The notes under the pieces were generated by a model. It made no database searches and was not told the origin of the DNA. It saw nothing but the letters and a program-made list of their open reading frames with translations. Made by a program: the position numbers and the translations under genes. From Heterodontus francisci (lineage: Eukaryota), in NCBI RefSeq assembly GCF_036365525.1, contig NC_090409.1, positions 39,318,437 through 39,382,436 of the forward strand: 64,000 bases of DNA, written 5' to 3'. Positions 24,970 to 38,000 of this stretch are shown here, piece after piece. Numbering within the stretch: the first letter of the stretch is position 1; each line of letters opens with the position of its first letter.

Positions 24970-26460
24970 GAGAGGGGAATGAGTGGCTGGTGTTCCTGTC
25001 CTGATCCCTGTCTGGAAACTCCTGCTGGACATCAGGATCAGGCTGAGATGCAATGTTAAATAAGCTGCTGAATCTAAAGGAGTTGTTTAACAAGGCTCTG
25101 CTCCCAGCATCGAGCCTTCCTACACAGTGAATGTAGCAACAGAGAAAGGGCCACAACACAGCAGGCCAAATATTCCAACCCTCACCTAGGTGAGTCCTTC
25201 CTGGTTTATTTATCAATTTTTAGCATTTAACCTAAACACAAAACAGATTATCTGGTCACTTATCTCTCTGCTACTTGTGGGAACTTGCTGTGTGTAAATT
25301 GGTGAGAAAGACACTGTATAAATGGGAGAAACTGAAACTGAATTTTACCTTTTGGAGATACATTGAACTGTTGGTTGGGGCTCTCTCCTCATGTTGCTCT
25401 GATTTGGAACATGTTTGACTGTCCGTGTGGCCTCAAGACACACGACTTTTAATGGAATCCATACTTCAGGATAAACTAGATCTTCCTCATTGTTGTGAGT
25501 GAGTTTACTTCAGTACCCAGGACACATTGATCACTCCATTTAGTTGCTGTTGGCCTTGTTTCAGTATCTGAGACACATTGAATGTCCTCAAGGCTGTGGC
25601 TTTTTCACCTCTATTATAATCCTCACTTGTTACCTCTACCCCGGTGAGCAGAGGTGAGAATTCCAGTCTCTGAATACTGGGTTTACATCCAGCAGGGAAC
25701 TGGTACCCGATGGGAGCGGAGAGTCAACCCACCACCCATTGTATCTACCCAGACTCTCCTGGTAGGGCGTTGTTAGTCAGGATAAGGACCTGTCTATATA
25801 AAGAAAGAGTCTTCCTTATGGAGCACAATCTACTGGGTGTAAAAGCAGTGGAAGGAATCAGCTGCCTCATTTTAAAATGATATATTAATTCCTGAGATGT
25901 GGGTGTCACTGGCAAGGCTGGTATTTATTGTCCATCCCGAGACACCCCTTGTGAAGGTGGTGCTGGGTCTTCTTGAACCGTTTCAGTTCCGTGTGGTGAA
26001 GGTGCTCCCGCGGTGCCGTTAGGGAGGGAGATCCAGGATTTTGACCCAGTGACGATGAAGGAACGGCCGATATATCTCCAAGTTGGGACGGTGTGTGTGT
26101 GACTCGGATGGGAACATGGAGGCGATGGTGTTCCCATGCTCCTGCTGCCCTTGTCCTTCTCGGGGAGGCTGGAGGTTGTGGGTTTGTGAGGTTTTATTGA
26201 AGAATGTGGGACTGGGAACAGAAGAGAAAGAAGACTTGTTATCCTCCTTGTCCTGTCACCCTCCTCTAGGAAACCTCAATCCCAGACAATAAATTCATTC
26301 ATTAAATAAAAAACACCTTTACAATAAATACAACTGCTTTTCCCATTCCAATAAACACTTTACCCCAATTATTCCTTCTCTGATATTCCTTACTGTGATT
26401 TGCCCCTCAATAAACTGAACTTTCTAAATTTGGTCAGTGTGACCTTTCACCTCCTGACAC
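24970..26460. repeat. Low-copy duplicated block, copy 1
   Basis: 25310-26460 is a direct near-copy of 47190-48350 and 60797-61815; 24970-25190 matches 58412-58630 (paired ORFs 24956..25216 and 58403..58603). Confidence 0.9.
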
Positions 26461-27164
26461 CCTTTTCAATTTCATTGTTTCGGATTACATTGGAGATACA
26501 GCAGAGAAACAGGTCATTCTTTTCCTCAATTTTAAATTATTCATTCTTGGAATGTGGGCACTGTTACCAAGGACAGCATTTATTGCCCATCCTTAATTGT
26601 CCCTGACAAGGTGGCAGTGAGCTTCCTTCTTGAACCGCTGCAGTCCACGTGGTGGATTTACACCCACAGTTCTGTCCTGTAATTTTGCTGTCGAGGTTTG
26701 ATAAAACTGAGTGTCTTGCTCGGCCATTTCAGAGGGCAGTTAAGAGTTAACCACATTGCTGTGGGTCTGGAGTTACTTGTAGACCAGACCAGACCAGGTA
26801 AGGGCGGTAGATTTACCTTCCCGAAAGGATATTAGTGAATCAGATGGGTTTTTACAACAATCGGTAATGGTCATCTTTAAACTAGCTTTTTAATTCCAGA
26901 TTTAAGTGAATTCAAATTTCACCATCTGCTCTGGTGAGATTCGTAATTATCGAGTTTCCTATTATCACATTTCTATTCTTCTCTCCCCTCCCCTGGACAG
27001 CCTCCTGACAGGGCCAGTGTCTGCGGGACCTCCTTCTCAACCTCTCCTAAATCCCCACTACCCAGCTCCGTATTAGTCACACCCTCCCTTTCCTGAACCT
27101 GTGTTTTCCTCTGGGGTGTATTCTGGATAAAACTGTCCAGAAATTCCTCCCCCTCTCTTATGTG

Positions 27165-27300
27165 TCAGAGTCTCTCCAGCTCAATGACTCTGAGCCGGAG
27201 AGATTCGAGATGGAGACATCACCTGCAGACGTGTTTGCTCAGGACAGTGTCGCTGTCCACAAACTCCCACATTCTGCAGTCCAGACACACAATCTGCTCT
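27165..27300 (-). mobile_element. CR1 ORF1 N-terminal zinc-finger/coiled-coil remnant
   Basis: Minus strand VCLDCRMWEFVDSDTVLSKHVCR*CLHLESLRLRVIELE. Confidence 0.6.
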
Positions 27301-28104
27301 GCTATATCTTAAACTAGCCTTATTTTATTTATTTAACTGAAGTCTTTAATCAATGATTATTTGTAATTTTATAACGTAGTTTAACACGTGAAATAATAAC
27401 CTTAATACACTACTTATACTTTCCCAGTTCTATGTTTAAACCACTGACGTAGTTTAGAGAAAAAGAAGCCTTAAAACTCACTAACTAATCATTTACCTGT
27501 TTATCTAATTAATGCCTCTGGACTTCAGCTCTCTGGTCTCACTGTCTCCCTCTCCCTCTCTCGATCACTCCTTGTTTTGTGAAAGACCAGAACAGCACCT
27601 CTTCCCTCCCTGCGCCGAATTCCCTCACTCACCAAATTGTCCGAGTGAAGTACTCTGTCGCAGCAGTACGCCATCGTGCTGGCCTCCATGCTGCTCACTT
27701 GGTGTGTAAGTAAAAACCAATTCCAAAGACCTGAGTCAGGCCCTGCTGACCGGGTAAGCAGTTCTAACTCGTCACCTCATTAACTAACCGTGTAGCGACA
27801 TGAGGGGAGGGCGGATCTTTTTTGGGCAGCGAGTGTTTGGGATGTGGAATGCGCTGCCTGAGAGTGTGGTGGAGGCACATTCAATGGTGGCTTTCAAAAG
27901 GGAATTGGATAATGATGTGAAGAGTAAAGTTGTGCGGGGGCTAGGGGAGGAAAAGGCGGGGGGGGCAGTGAGACTAGCTGAGTTGCTCTGACAGAGAGCC
28001 AGCACAGACAGGACGGGCCGAATGGCCTCCTCCTCTGCTCTCACCATTCTCTCATTCCATTCACTTCAACCCCTTCTCCCTCCAACGGCTTCTGCTCGCG
28101 CCGG

Positions 28105-28220
28105 GGGGGGCGGGGTCACAGCCAGCCTCCCAATCAGCGGCCGAGCCGGACTGTCACTCAGCTCTCGCCCCGCCCCCCGGCCCCGCCCCTTGGCGGCAAG
28201 GGCTTCTCCTGGCGCCAGTG
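28105..28220 (-). promoter_or_regulatory. Orphan copy of the A/E-type promoter unit
   Basis: CCAATCAGCGGCCGAGCCGGACTGTCACTCAG...GGCCCCGCCCCTTGGC, homologous to 63160-63280; no exon 1 found next to it. Confidence 0.6.
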
Positions 28221-29239
28221 TGTCAGGCTCACACTGCCGAGTGTGTGTGTGTAAGCTTCACACTACTGCTCCTGTGTGTCTGCATGGATTGCAGATAGAA
28301 TTCACACAGTCTCTGCATTAGAAATAGAAAAGCTCAGCAATCTCACACAATATCAGCTGAGTCCACATTGCCTCACAGCTGATTCTTATTTCTAATCTTT
28401 ACAGTGGCGAGTGTCTGACATTAAACTGAAATATCCCACAGCCTCTCTTCATATCTATCTCTTCAATTCAATCATTATGGATCTGACTGCTGTCATATAT
28501 AATGTTTTATACACTTCCTACATTTCCTGTTCCTGATCTCTGTCTCTCCTGTTGAAATCTTGGCGCCTGTCTCGGGGAAGGAGCTGGGCTGTGATGCCTC
28601 CCACAGTCAAATAGCCTGTCTACATCCAGTGTAACACCAGAGAGGGCCTGGAGACCGCAGAACGGTCTGGAACGAAGGTCTTGGCCATAAACGAGTTCGT
28701 TTTGGTGTGTAATGTTGATTGGACAATATATTTAAAATTTGTACAAAAAAGGGATTTGGGGGAAGTGGTTCCTGAAGATCAGGTGTTGAGGAACAAGTCT
28801 GGATCCCTGATAATGAGTTACTCTGTCAACCTCCTGATTGATCTAATGCTGGGTCAGAGGGGTTTGATCTGGTTAGGCCCCATCTGGAGTCACTGTGTTC
28901 AGTCTGGGCACCGCCCTTCAGGATGGATATATTGCCCGAGAGGGTGCAGTGCAGATTCAGCAGAATGATACTGGAGTGAAAAGGGTTAAATTACAAGGAC
29001 AGGTTGCACAGACGAGGCTTGTATTCCCTTTTCTATCAAAAATTAAAAGGTGATCTAATCGCTGTGTTTAAGGTAATTAAAGGATTTGACAGAATAAATA
29101 GGAGAGCCAACACAGATTAGATGGGCTGAACAGCCTCATTCTGAGTTGTAACTATTGTTTAATTGAGTTCTCTCCCCCTACATGCCCCATTCAGGTCAAT
29201 AGCCCTGAACCAACATCACTTTAAATAAAACTGATGATC

Positions 29240-29410
29240 TGAATCATTATCACATTGCTGTTCATGGGATCTTGCTGTGCACAAGGTAGCTGCTGCATTT
29301 CCTACATTACAACAGTAACTACATTTGAAAAAGTACTTCCCTGACTGTGAAACACTTTGGGATGTCCTGAGGTGGTGAAAGACGCTATATAAATGTAAAC
29401 TCTTTCTTTT
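29240..29410 (+). mobile_element. DeuSINE-family (AmnSINE1/SacSINE1-like) fragment
   Basis: GGGATCTTGCTGTGCACAA...CTGCATTTCCTACATTACAACAGT...CGCTATATAAATG; similar pieces at 46500-46650, 46935-47200, 58755-59075. Confidence 0.55.
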
Positions 29411-30574
29411 ATAGAGAGTACCAGAAATGCTCACACTATCAAAGCTCGACAGTCCTGCCACATCCAGTCTTGAACGGTGGGGAACAATTAAACAACAGGC
29501 GGAGGAGGCTCCATGAACATCCCCATCCTCAGTGATGGGGGAGCCCAGCACCAGTGAAAAAGACCAGGCTGAAGTGATCACAACCATCTTCAGCTGGAAG
29601 TGCCGACTGGATGATCCATCCCGGCCTCTTCCTGAGATCCCACAATCACAGATACCGTCATCAGACAATTCAATTCACTCCAGTTAGGATCAAGAGACTT
29701 CCTGCCTGTACACAGCAGCATCTCTGTTCAGGCAGTGACAGACAGAGTCATTAAACATAACAAGACTGTACATTCACTAATATTAACACTGACTTCTTTA
29801 ATCAGAGATTAAATCAAAAATTACATATAGAAAAGTAACATTAATTATACAGAATAGAGGTACAGATATAGACAAAATCTATAGGACTCAGTTTCAATTG
29901 TAGAAAACATGTATAAAATATTTACAGTATAAATTACACATAAAAACAGTGACAATGAGGACCTGGACTGCAGAGAGAGAGAGATCGGAGTCCAAGATAT
30001 ACAAATCATTAAAAGCTGGTGAACAGGCACAGATCCTTGAATTAATAAATATTGCTCGAGTGCAAAAGTGAGGACTTTCTGGTAAACCTTCATAAATTCA
30101 CCAGTTTCAGCTTCAGCTGGAGTATTGAGTCTGGGGATCACACTTTAGGGAGGATGTCAAGGCTTTGGAGAGGAGATTTACTAGAATGGTTCCAGGGTGA
30201 GAGACTTCAGTAACAGAAACCACAGAAGGAGCCCATTCAGCCCATTGTGTCAACACAGCCGAAAAAACTGGCCGCCCAATATAATATGTGGAGACTGGAG
30301 AAGCCACAGGCAGTTTCAATCTATAAAATATCTAGAAGATGGAATCTGTATATAAACAGTTACTGGCAATAATGTCGCTGCTGGTTTTGCCCAGTGGATG
30401 CTGCTGCACAGAGAGTTTCTGAAGCCTCTTCCCATGTTCACCACTGTGGGAGAACCATCGCTACAAGGACTGCAGTGGTTCAGGTACAGATGGACAATAA
30501 ATGGGGCCCTGCCAGTATCACCCACACTGAGAACAGGTTAATAAATGCATCACAAACTACCTGATGTTCCCACT

Positions 30575-31522
30575 GTTTGGACCGAGGCGGGAGGAGTGCA
30601 CTGTTAATTCAGTCCCGCTTCTCCACAGATCACAATATATTCTTTAAGTTTTCCATTTGTTGAAACAATTCCCCAGAATAAAACACACTAACCAGGTTTC
30701 TTTACTAAACAAAATTAACAGATTATAAAACAATTCTTAACTAGTAATGCAGTAAAATAATATCACAGATCAAATTTTTAAATATCCAACATTAGATTTT
30801 AAAATGTCCCCTTTACCTTAGTTCCTTCACACTCACACATTCCTATACATAAATCAGTTAACTGGAAAAAGAAAAAGAATTTTTAGATTAGAGCTCTGTT
30901 ACAGACAAAAACACAAATAGATCACGTGTCCACCCCAAAAAGAATAGCAGATGAGACTCACTGCACCAAAGAAGCAGACAGTCCAACGTCTAAGCAACTG
31001 TTACAGAAACTTCCAGAATTAGTTCTCTTCAGGCAGTGTTGAAAAGCAATTTAGCTGGCCTTGTTAAAATGCAGGAACATGACAAATTAACATGCTGAAC
31101 TTCAGAGTCTTTGAGGGAATTGAGAGTAAAAGCACTGGGTTGTAGTCTTCTGTTCTTCCTTGGAATTCTTTCCTTTTTCTGTCCTTCTTTGGCACTTTAG
31201 TAGCACTTGACTTTTGTCTCCTTCCAGAAGGTATCACACACATGCACTGACTGACAACCAAACAGCTTGGCAGTTCTCTGCCCACCCAGATGTTCTCTGT
31301 TGTTACTGGGCTTGTCAATTTCTGCCCTTTGCCATGGCTTCTGTTCTAAGCCGAGCCCAACCAGGTGACAAACCGTTGCCAATCATCCCTCACTGTCTTC
31401 TTGAGTGAAAAACATTTAGCTTAATTTTAAATTCCTTTATTTTATTAAATAATTTTTTAAAAGTCACTTTCATAAAACCACTCGCTCATAAAGAGGATAT
31501 TTTGGAAGTTACCATCTCACAC
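30575..31522 (-). mobile_element. LTR downstream of gene B, at the position equivalent to the Gypsy LTR downstream of A
   Basis: Reverse complement of about 20240-20935 and 21280-21390; no gag/pol follows. Confidence 0.7.
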
Positions 31523-31832
31523 AGGGAGTGATCAATGGGTTTCACAGCTGAAGTTGGTCCTGTGTGTTCCTGAGACTGGGTTTGGACACAGTGTGTATCA
31601 GTAATACTGAGATATAATGTAATATCAATCGGACAGGTTTTCTAGTAAAGGGACAACACTGTCACTGGGTGATTATCTCAAGACTCTGCTGGTCAGAGGG
31701 GTTTGTGCAGAGTGGGAAGTGATTGTTGATCCCGATCCTGAGCTCAGACTTTCCACCAGGATTCACTGGATAACCACAATACTGGGCTGATTTTCCCCTC
31801 CCCGACCCAGGCTCAGTGCAGTGTAAACTCAG

Positions 31833-32007
31833 TTAGTGCTGGACAGCCCCGTTCCCCAGAAGGTTTTGTTCTCCAGCTGCTCCATTCTGATGCTCAGGTG
31901 CTGTTGTGAAACATGGGACCTTGTGACCTAAACAAGTCACCCCTGTCAAAGGGACGACATGAGATGCTTCATTTTGATTGATGCTGTGATGCTTTTGAAC
32001 ACAATTC
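31833..32007 (-). CDS. Gene B last exon: cytoplasmic tail
   Basis: tttttttctcccag acceptor; NCVQKHHSINQNEASHVVPLTGVTCLGHKVPCFTTAPEHQNGAAGEQNLLGNGAVQH*. Confidence 0.8.
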
Positions 32008-35000
32008 CTGGGAGAAAAAAAACAGCAGAGTTCAGGTTACATTAAAAGAATCCAACACTTTGTACAAGTGTGTAAAGGAGCTGTTCAGGAGCACAGACCG
32101 ATTAAATTACACTCAACATCCTGGGCACCAATGGCAGCTGGAAAATGGGTCACAGGAGCTGCACGGTGATGGAGCACAGAGTGTAGAGGAGAGGAGGCTT
32201 ATAGAGGAGGCAATGGGCAAGAGCTGGACACTCCACAGGACCTGTGCTGACCGAGGCACCAGACCAATAGAAAAATGACAGCTCACCTCAACATTGGAGA
32301 TTAAGAAGAATTGACGAGGATCTCGGTTAACACTGAGCTGAAGATGATGGGGATCAGATCAGACAGGAGGAGGCTGGGAATGTCTGTACTCTCCACACTG
32401 ATCCTGAATTATTGAGAGGAGTCACAGATGGACAGGACATTCCCTGATGTGATCAAACCCGACCCAGCAGTGACCAAACAGGCTGACGGAGGCAGAAATA
32501 TTGTGATGGGGGAAAAAGAGTCAGAGGACAGAGTTAGAGAATCTGCAATAGTTTCCCCCCCACAACTGGCAGATGGGTAAGAGATGGGCAGGGAGATGTG
32601 GATGTTGAGGGAGGCAGAGAAATGCAACATATTTTATTGTCAGTGATCAAAAGCACTGATGGTCAGGTCAAGGGATGAGAGTGGACACAGGGTATATCAC
32701 AGAAGCGGAGGTAGGTGGGATTTGAGTGATGGGGAGAATATGGAGTCAGAAGCACAGCTCAGGGTCTGATAGGACTCAGAGGTTGTGAACAGTCTGGTTC
32801 AGCCTCAGACAGTGGCCAGGGAGGGGGATGGAGTCAGTGACTGGGGAACAGAGCAAGGATCAGAGGCTGGTGAAAAGTCAGAGGAGAGGGGCCAAGGGGA
32901 TTTTAGGTGTAGGCTGGTGAGTTGTTTGCTGCAGAGATTAGGCGAGTGTCTATTAACTGTGTGATAGAGGGAGCCGCACATTCCTGCTCTTCACCTTCAG
33001 TTCATTAGCTAGAGGATGACAACAAGCTGGAAGTGACTGGATAATGCAGCATTGAAACATCCCACACAGCACAAAGTGTATCAGTGTACACAACATTTCC
33101 ACAACACCAAATAGAATAAAACAAAACTAGAATTAACAATGGGAACTGCAGAACATTCTAGAACTCACCATCTTTGTCGCTTTTGGATTATGAAAACTAT
33201 AAATCCCTGAAGAAGAAGAAGAAAAAGAATTCCGACAACCAATCCAACTACTGCTCCAGTAGAGGGTCCAGGACCTAGAGACAGAATGAAGCCGTTAACA
33301 GACTGCGACACACTAAACAAAACTAACAGCAGAGACTGTCAGCACCTAGTGTTTCAGAACCATCCCCAGTACAAACACATCCCTGGTCAATTCTAGTCCT
33401 GGAGGGATGTGGGAGATTAAACACCAATAAACAGCCGCAGACACAGGAAGCCACCCCACAGCTCGACTTTCTTACACACCCACAATGTGATCAATATATG
33501 GTTTCCAATGGAGATAACCAGACCCTGACCAGCAGCAGCCTCCCTTTAATTAAACCCAACAGCCCGCTGAAATAAAGCAGGAATTTAAAATAATTTGCCG
33601 TTTGGGTAAACCACAGGATTGGATGGAACGCTGGTTTACAGTGGGATCAGTATTACTTTCCACTGACTTCAATGCTGAGGAGTCCTGGGGCCTATGGGGA
33701 ACCGGTGGGGTGTAGTGGGACTGTTACTGGACTAGTACTCCAGAGCCCAGGTGAATGCTCTGGGGACAGGGGTTTGAATCCCACCCACAGCAGATGGTGA
33801 AATTTGAATTTAATTAATAAAATCAGTAATTTAAAATAAAAAGCTAGAATAATGGTGACCATGAAAACAGTCGATTTGTTCATGAATGTCCTTCAGAGAA
33901 AGAAATCTGCTGGTCTGGCCTACACGTAACTCCAGACTCACAGCAATATGGTTAACTCTGAACTGCCCTCTGAAATGGCCGAGCAAGCCACTCAGTTCAA
34001 CAGCAATTAGGGATGGGCAATAAATGCTGGCCTGGCCAGTGACGCAGACATCCCACTAACATGAATAAAATAAAACAAAGTGACTGCTGACAATGCAACC
34101 CACTGCCAACATCAGAGTGCTCCCAGCTTCACACATGTGCAGATCAGAGTCTTGCTGTTAGTACAGTGCTGCCCATGTGCAGTCTACGTCAGCACCCGGT
34201 TTACCAGGACTTATTCATGTCTACGCTCAAACATCATTGTGTACTGCAATGTCTGCTCACCGCTCACCCCCAGCCTCGCTTCATCTCCCCTCCCCACCCC
34301 ACCCACTCACTCCACACTTCACACCTCCACCTATCTGTGGGCCATTCACTCCAGCCTCCCCACTCCCTCTGCCACCCCACGATTGCTGCCTTTCTTCCTC
34401 GCACAGAGACAGAAAAGATAAGCAGGGGAGGAGAGGGGGAGGGGAGCAGAGGGATGGCAGAGGGAATGAAGCAGCGATGCCAGGAGCAAGTGGTGAGTAG
34501 ACTGCTGCGGTAGGCAGCGATGATGGCAGGAGGGAGCGAGGTACTGATGGAGGTGGCGACGGCAGGAGGGAGCGAGGTACTGATGGAGGTGGCGATGTCA
34601 GGAGGGAGCGAGGTACTGCTGGGGGTCGGATGGAGGTCGTGATGTCAGGAGGGAGCGAGGTACTGCTGGGGGTGGGATGGACGTGGCAAAGGCAGGAGGG
34701 AGCGAGGTACTGTTGGGGGTGGGATGGAGGTGACGAAGGCAGGAGGGAGCGAGGTACTGATTGAGGTGGCGAAGGCAGGAGGGAGCGAGGTACTGATGGA
34801 GGTGGGATGGAGGTAGTGATGTCAGGAGGGAACGAGGTACTGTTGGGGGTAGGATGGAGGTAGCGAAGGCAGGAGGGAGCGAGGTACTGATGGGGGTGGG
34901 ATGGAGGTGGCGAAGGCAGGAGGGAGCGAGGTACTGATGGAGGTGGCGATGGCAGGAGGGAGCGAGGTACTGCTGGGGGTGGGATGGAGGTGGCGATGGC

Positions 35001-38000
35001 AGGAGGGAGCGAGGTACTGATGGGGGTGGGATGGAGGTGGCGAAGGCAGGAGGGAGCGAGGTACTGATGGAGGTGGCGATGGCAGGAGGGAGCGAGGTAC
35101 TGCTGGGGGTGGGATGGCGATGTCAGGAGGGAGCAAGGTATTGCTGGGGGTGGGATGGAGGTGGTGATGGCAGGAGGGAGCGAGGTACTGTTGGGGGTGG
35201 GATGGAGATGGCGATGGCAGGAGGGAGCGAGGTACTGTTGGGGGTGTGATGGAGGCAGTGATCACAGCCACTGTGGGCATTTGTGTTTCATTTGTTTTGT
35301 GATAAATTGAGCGTCGCCATCTTTATTACTGGCAGCTGCCAAAAAAGGTCACAGACAGCGACGTTTCAGTGGATCAGGCTGCATTTTCACATATGCAAGT
35401 ATTGCGACACCTAGTGGATGAATTGTCAGAAAATGCAGCAAAAGAATAACAAACTCCCTCCTGACTGTATACCACTGTGCCCCCACCTCGGGTGGGTCTG
35501 TCCTGCCAGTGGGACAAGACATACCCAGGGATGGTGATAGAGGAGTCTGGGATGTAGGGTTGATTCTGTGAGTGTGACTGTCTCACACAGCTCGCCCAAC
35601 ATGGAGACCAGTCTCCAGAGGTCAGTGAGGGGGACTTTGCAGTGTTGACTGGGCTGGGTTTGCCTTTGCTGTGTCCTTATTCGATTCCTGGGTCACAGCC
35701 AGTGGGCCAGTTTTATTCTTGTTTTTCTTTCTAGTGGTTTGATACAAACTGATTGAAGTGGCCGAGCAAATCAGAGGGCAGTTAAAAGTCAACCAGGTTA
35801 ATGTGGGACAGGAGTCACATATAGACCAGACCGGGTAAGGACGGCAGGTTTCCTTCCCTAGAGGGACATTAGTGAACCAGTTGGGTTTTCCAACAATCCA
35901 ACAGCTTCATGGTCACTTTTATTGGGACCAACTTTATATTTCCAGATTTATTTTAAACTGAATTTCAATTCTGAAAGTGCCATGGTGGGATTTGAAGCCA
36001 CGTTCTCTAGATTATTAGTCCAGGCCTCTGGATTACTAGTCGAGTAACATAACCACTGCACTGCCGTACTCATAAAATCAGAGTAAATGCAGAATACCTG
36101 AAACAGAAACCTCTCACCTGTTACAGAGAGATTGACTGAATCAGCTTGTTGCCATTGATAGTGCTCACCGATCCTCTTGTAAATCTGACACTGATACTCA
36201 TTCTGGTCTGACTGCCTGAGGTCAGAGATCATTAGTGACCAGTTGCCTTGTTCCAGTTGATCTTGGAACAGGTTTGTTCTGTTTCTGAACTGTGGGTCTT
36301 GTTGTGTTAAATCATCGTTCCCATCGATAAACTTGTGTAAAATTTCACGATTGGATATCCACCAAATTACCTGTAATTCAGAGACTGGGACATTCCCTTT
36401 GTAGATACAGGGCAGCACAACCTGCTCCCCAAGGAACCCAGAAACTGGAAAAGATTGAAAGTATTTATCCACAGATATAACCTCCCTGCTGGTACATTCC
36501 ATCCCAAGCTTCACATGGTTACACTGCGATGCTTGATTTACAAGAAGCACTGATCAGTAACTCACTGCTTTCATTTCTGTGGGAAGGTTAAAGGTCAGCA
36601 ATGCAGTATTTATAATGACAAGTCTCCAGTACAGTGTACACTATTCTTGTCATTTTTAAAATGGAAACATCTCCGTGTCACACACTGAAACAAGTAAATA
36701 TCTACATTTTTACAATTTAACGCTGGTTTTACAACTGGGTCAATATTACTTGCCGTTGACCTCAATTAGCATTGCACCAATCCCAGTTTCCCAACTGGAG
36801 GGTTCGGTTAAAATTGTACCGAATCTTTTCACAGACTCCCAGAAACACTGATGCTAGTGGGAAGCAGGAATCCTCAGAGTTCTGTATCAGAGGGACAGGA
36901 AGGTGAGTCTCAGAAACAGAAATAACAATTGCAGGTAGTTTAAGGAGCAGTTACAGGTAACGGTGTCCCACATCACTCACTCTCACAGAATCATTCATTG
37001 GTAAAATATCACAGCATTTCAAACCTTCCAATATTACTACCTGTCTATCCAGCATGATCAAATGTAAAATCTAAAAACACATGCAGTAGTTTAGAAATAG
37101 ATTTACCTGGTACAGGTGTGTTCGGTACAGGTGTACGAGCTCGCTCTAAAGAAAACATCATGTGTTTAGTATTGTGTGTGAAACAAACTGCAGAAATGTT
37201 CAAAGACTCTATCGGGCTGGAGGGAAACACATCCCGGGAGGAACGAGACTTGGGTCAAACTGATCAGGAACAGGGTCGGCAGAGTGAAAAATCCAACAGG
37301 ATTGCATTCACTTTGAGGGATAGAATGGAAGTTTTCCAGAGTTACCCCCAACAGGATCATTCCCAGCAGACTACACCCACCTGTGGAGAGAATTCCCACA
37401 GGATCCTGGGCGACTGGGATACACTTTCAAGGTAAGTGCACTGGGTCTTGTAAAGGCTGCCTGAGGGGTGCTATGGACCCCACCTCCTGCACCCCAACAT
37501 CTGGAGACAGATGGAGCACGTTTCTGGAGAGTGAGAGCAGCTTGATAGCACCGTTAACTCCTTCCATCACCCAGTTTAGCAGCTCTGTCCTTCAGGGCTC
37601 AGCCAGCTCGGTCAGTGGTGGGATTACAGAGTGACCCTTGGTGATGGAAAGTGAAGTCCCCACTCAGTACATTCTGTGTCCTTGTTACCCTCAGTGCTTC
37701 CTCCAAGTGGTGTTCAACATGGAGGAGAACTGATTCATCAGCTGAGGGAGGGCAGTAGGTGGGAATCAGCAGGAGGTCTCCAGGCCCATGTTTGACCTGA
37801 AGCTGTGAGATTTCATGGGGTTCAGAGTCAATGTTGAGGAGTCCTGGGGTCACTGACTCCAGACTGGATACCACTGTGTCCCCACCTCTGGTGGGTCTGT
37901 CCTGCAGGTGCGACAGAACATACCCAGGGATGGTGATAGAGGGGTCTGGGATGTCGGGTTGATTCTGTGATGATGACTCTGTCACACAGCTCTCCCAACA

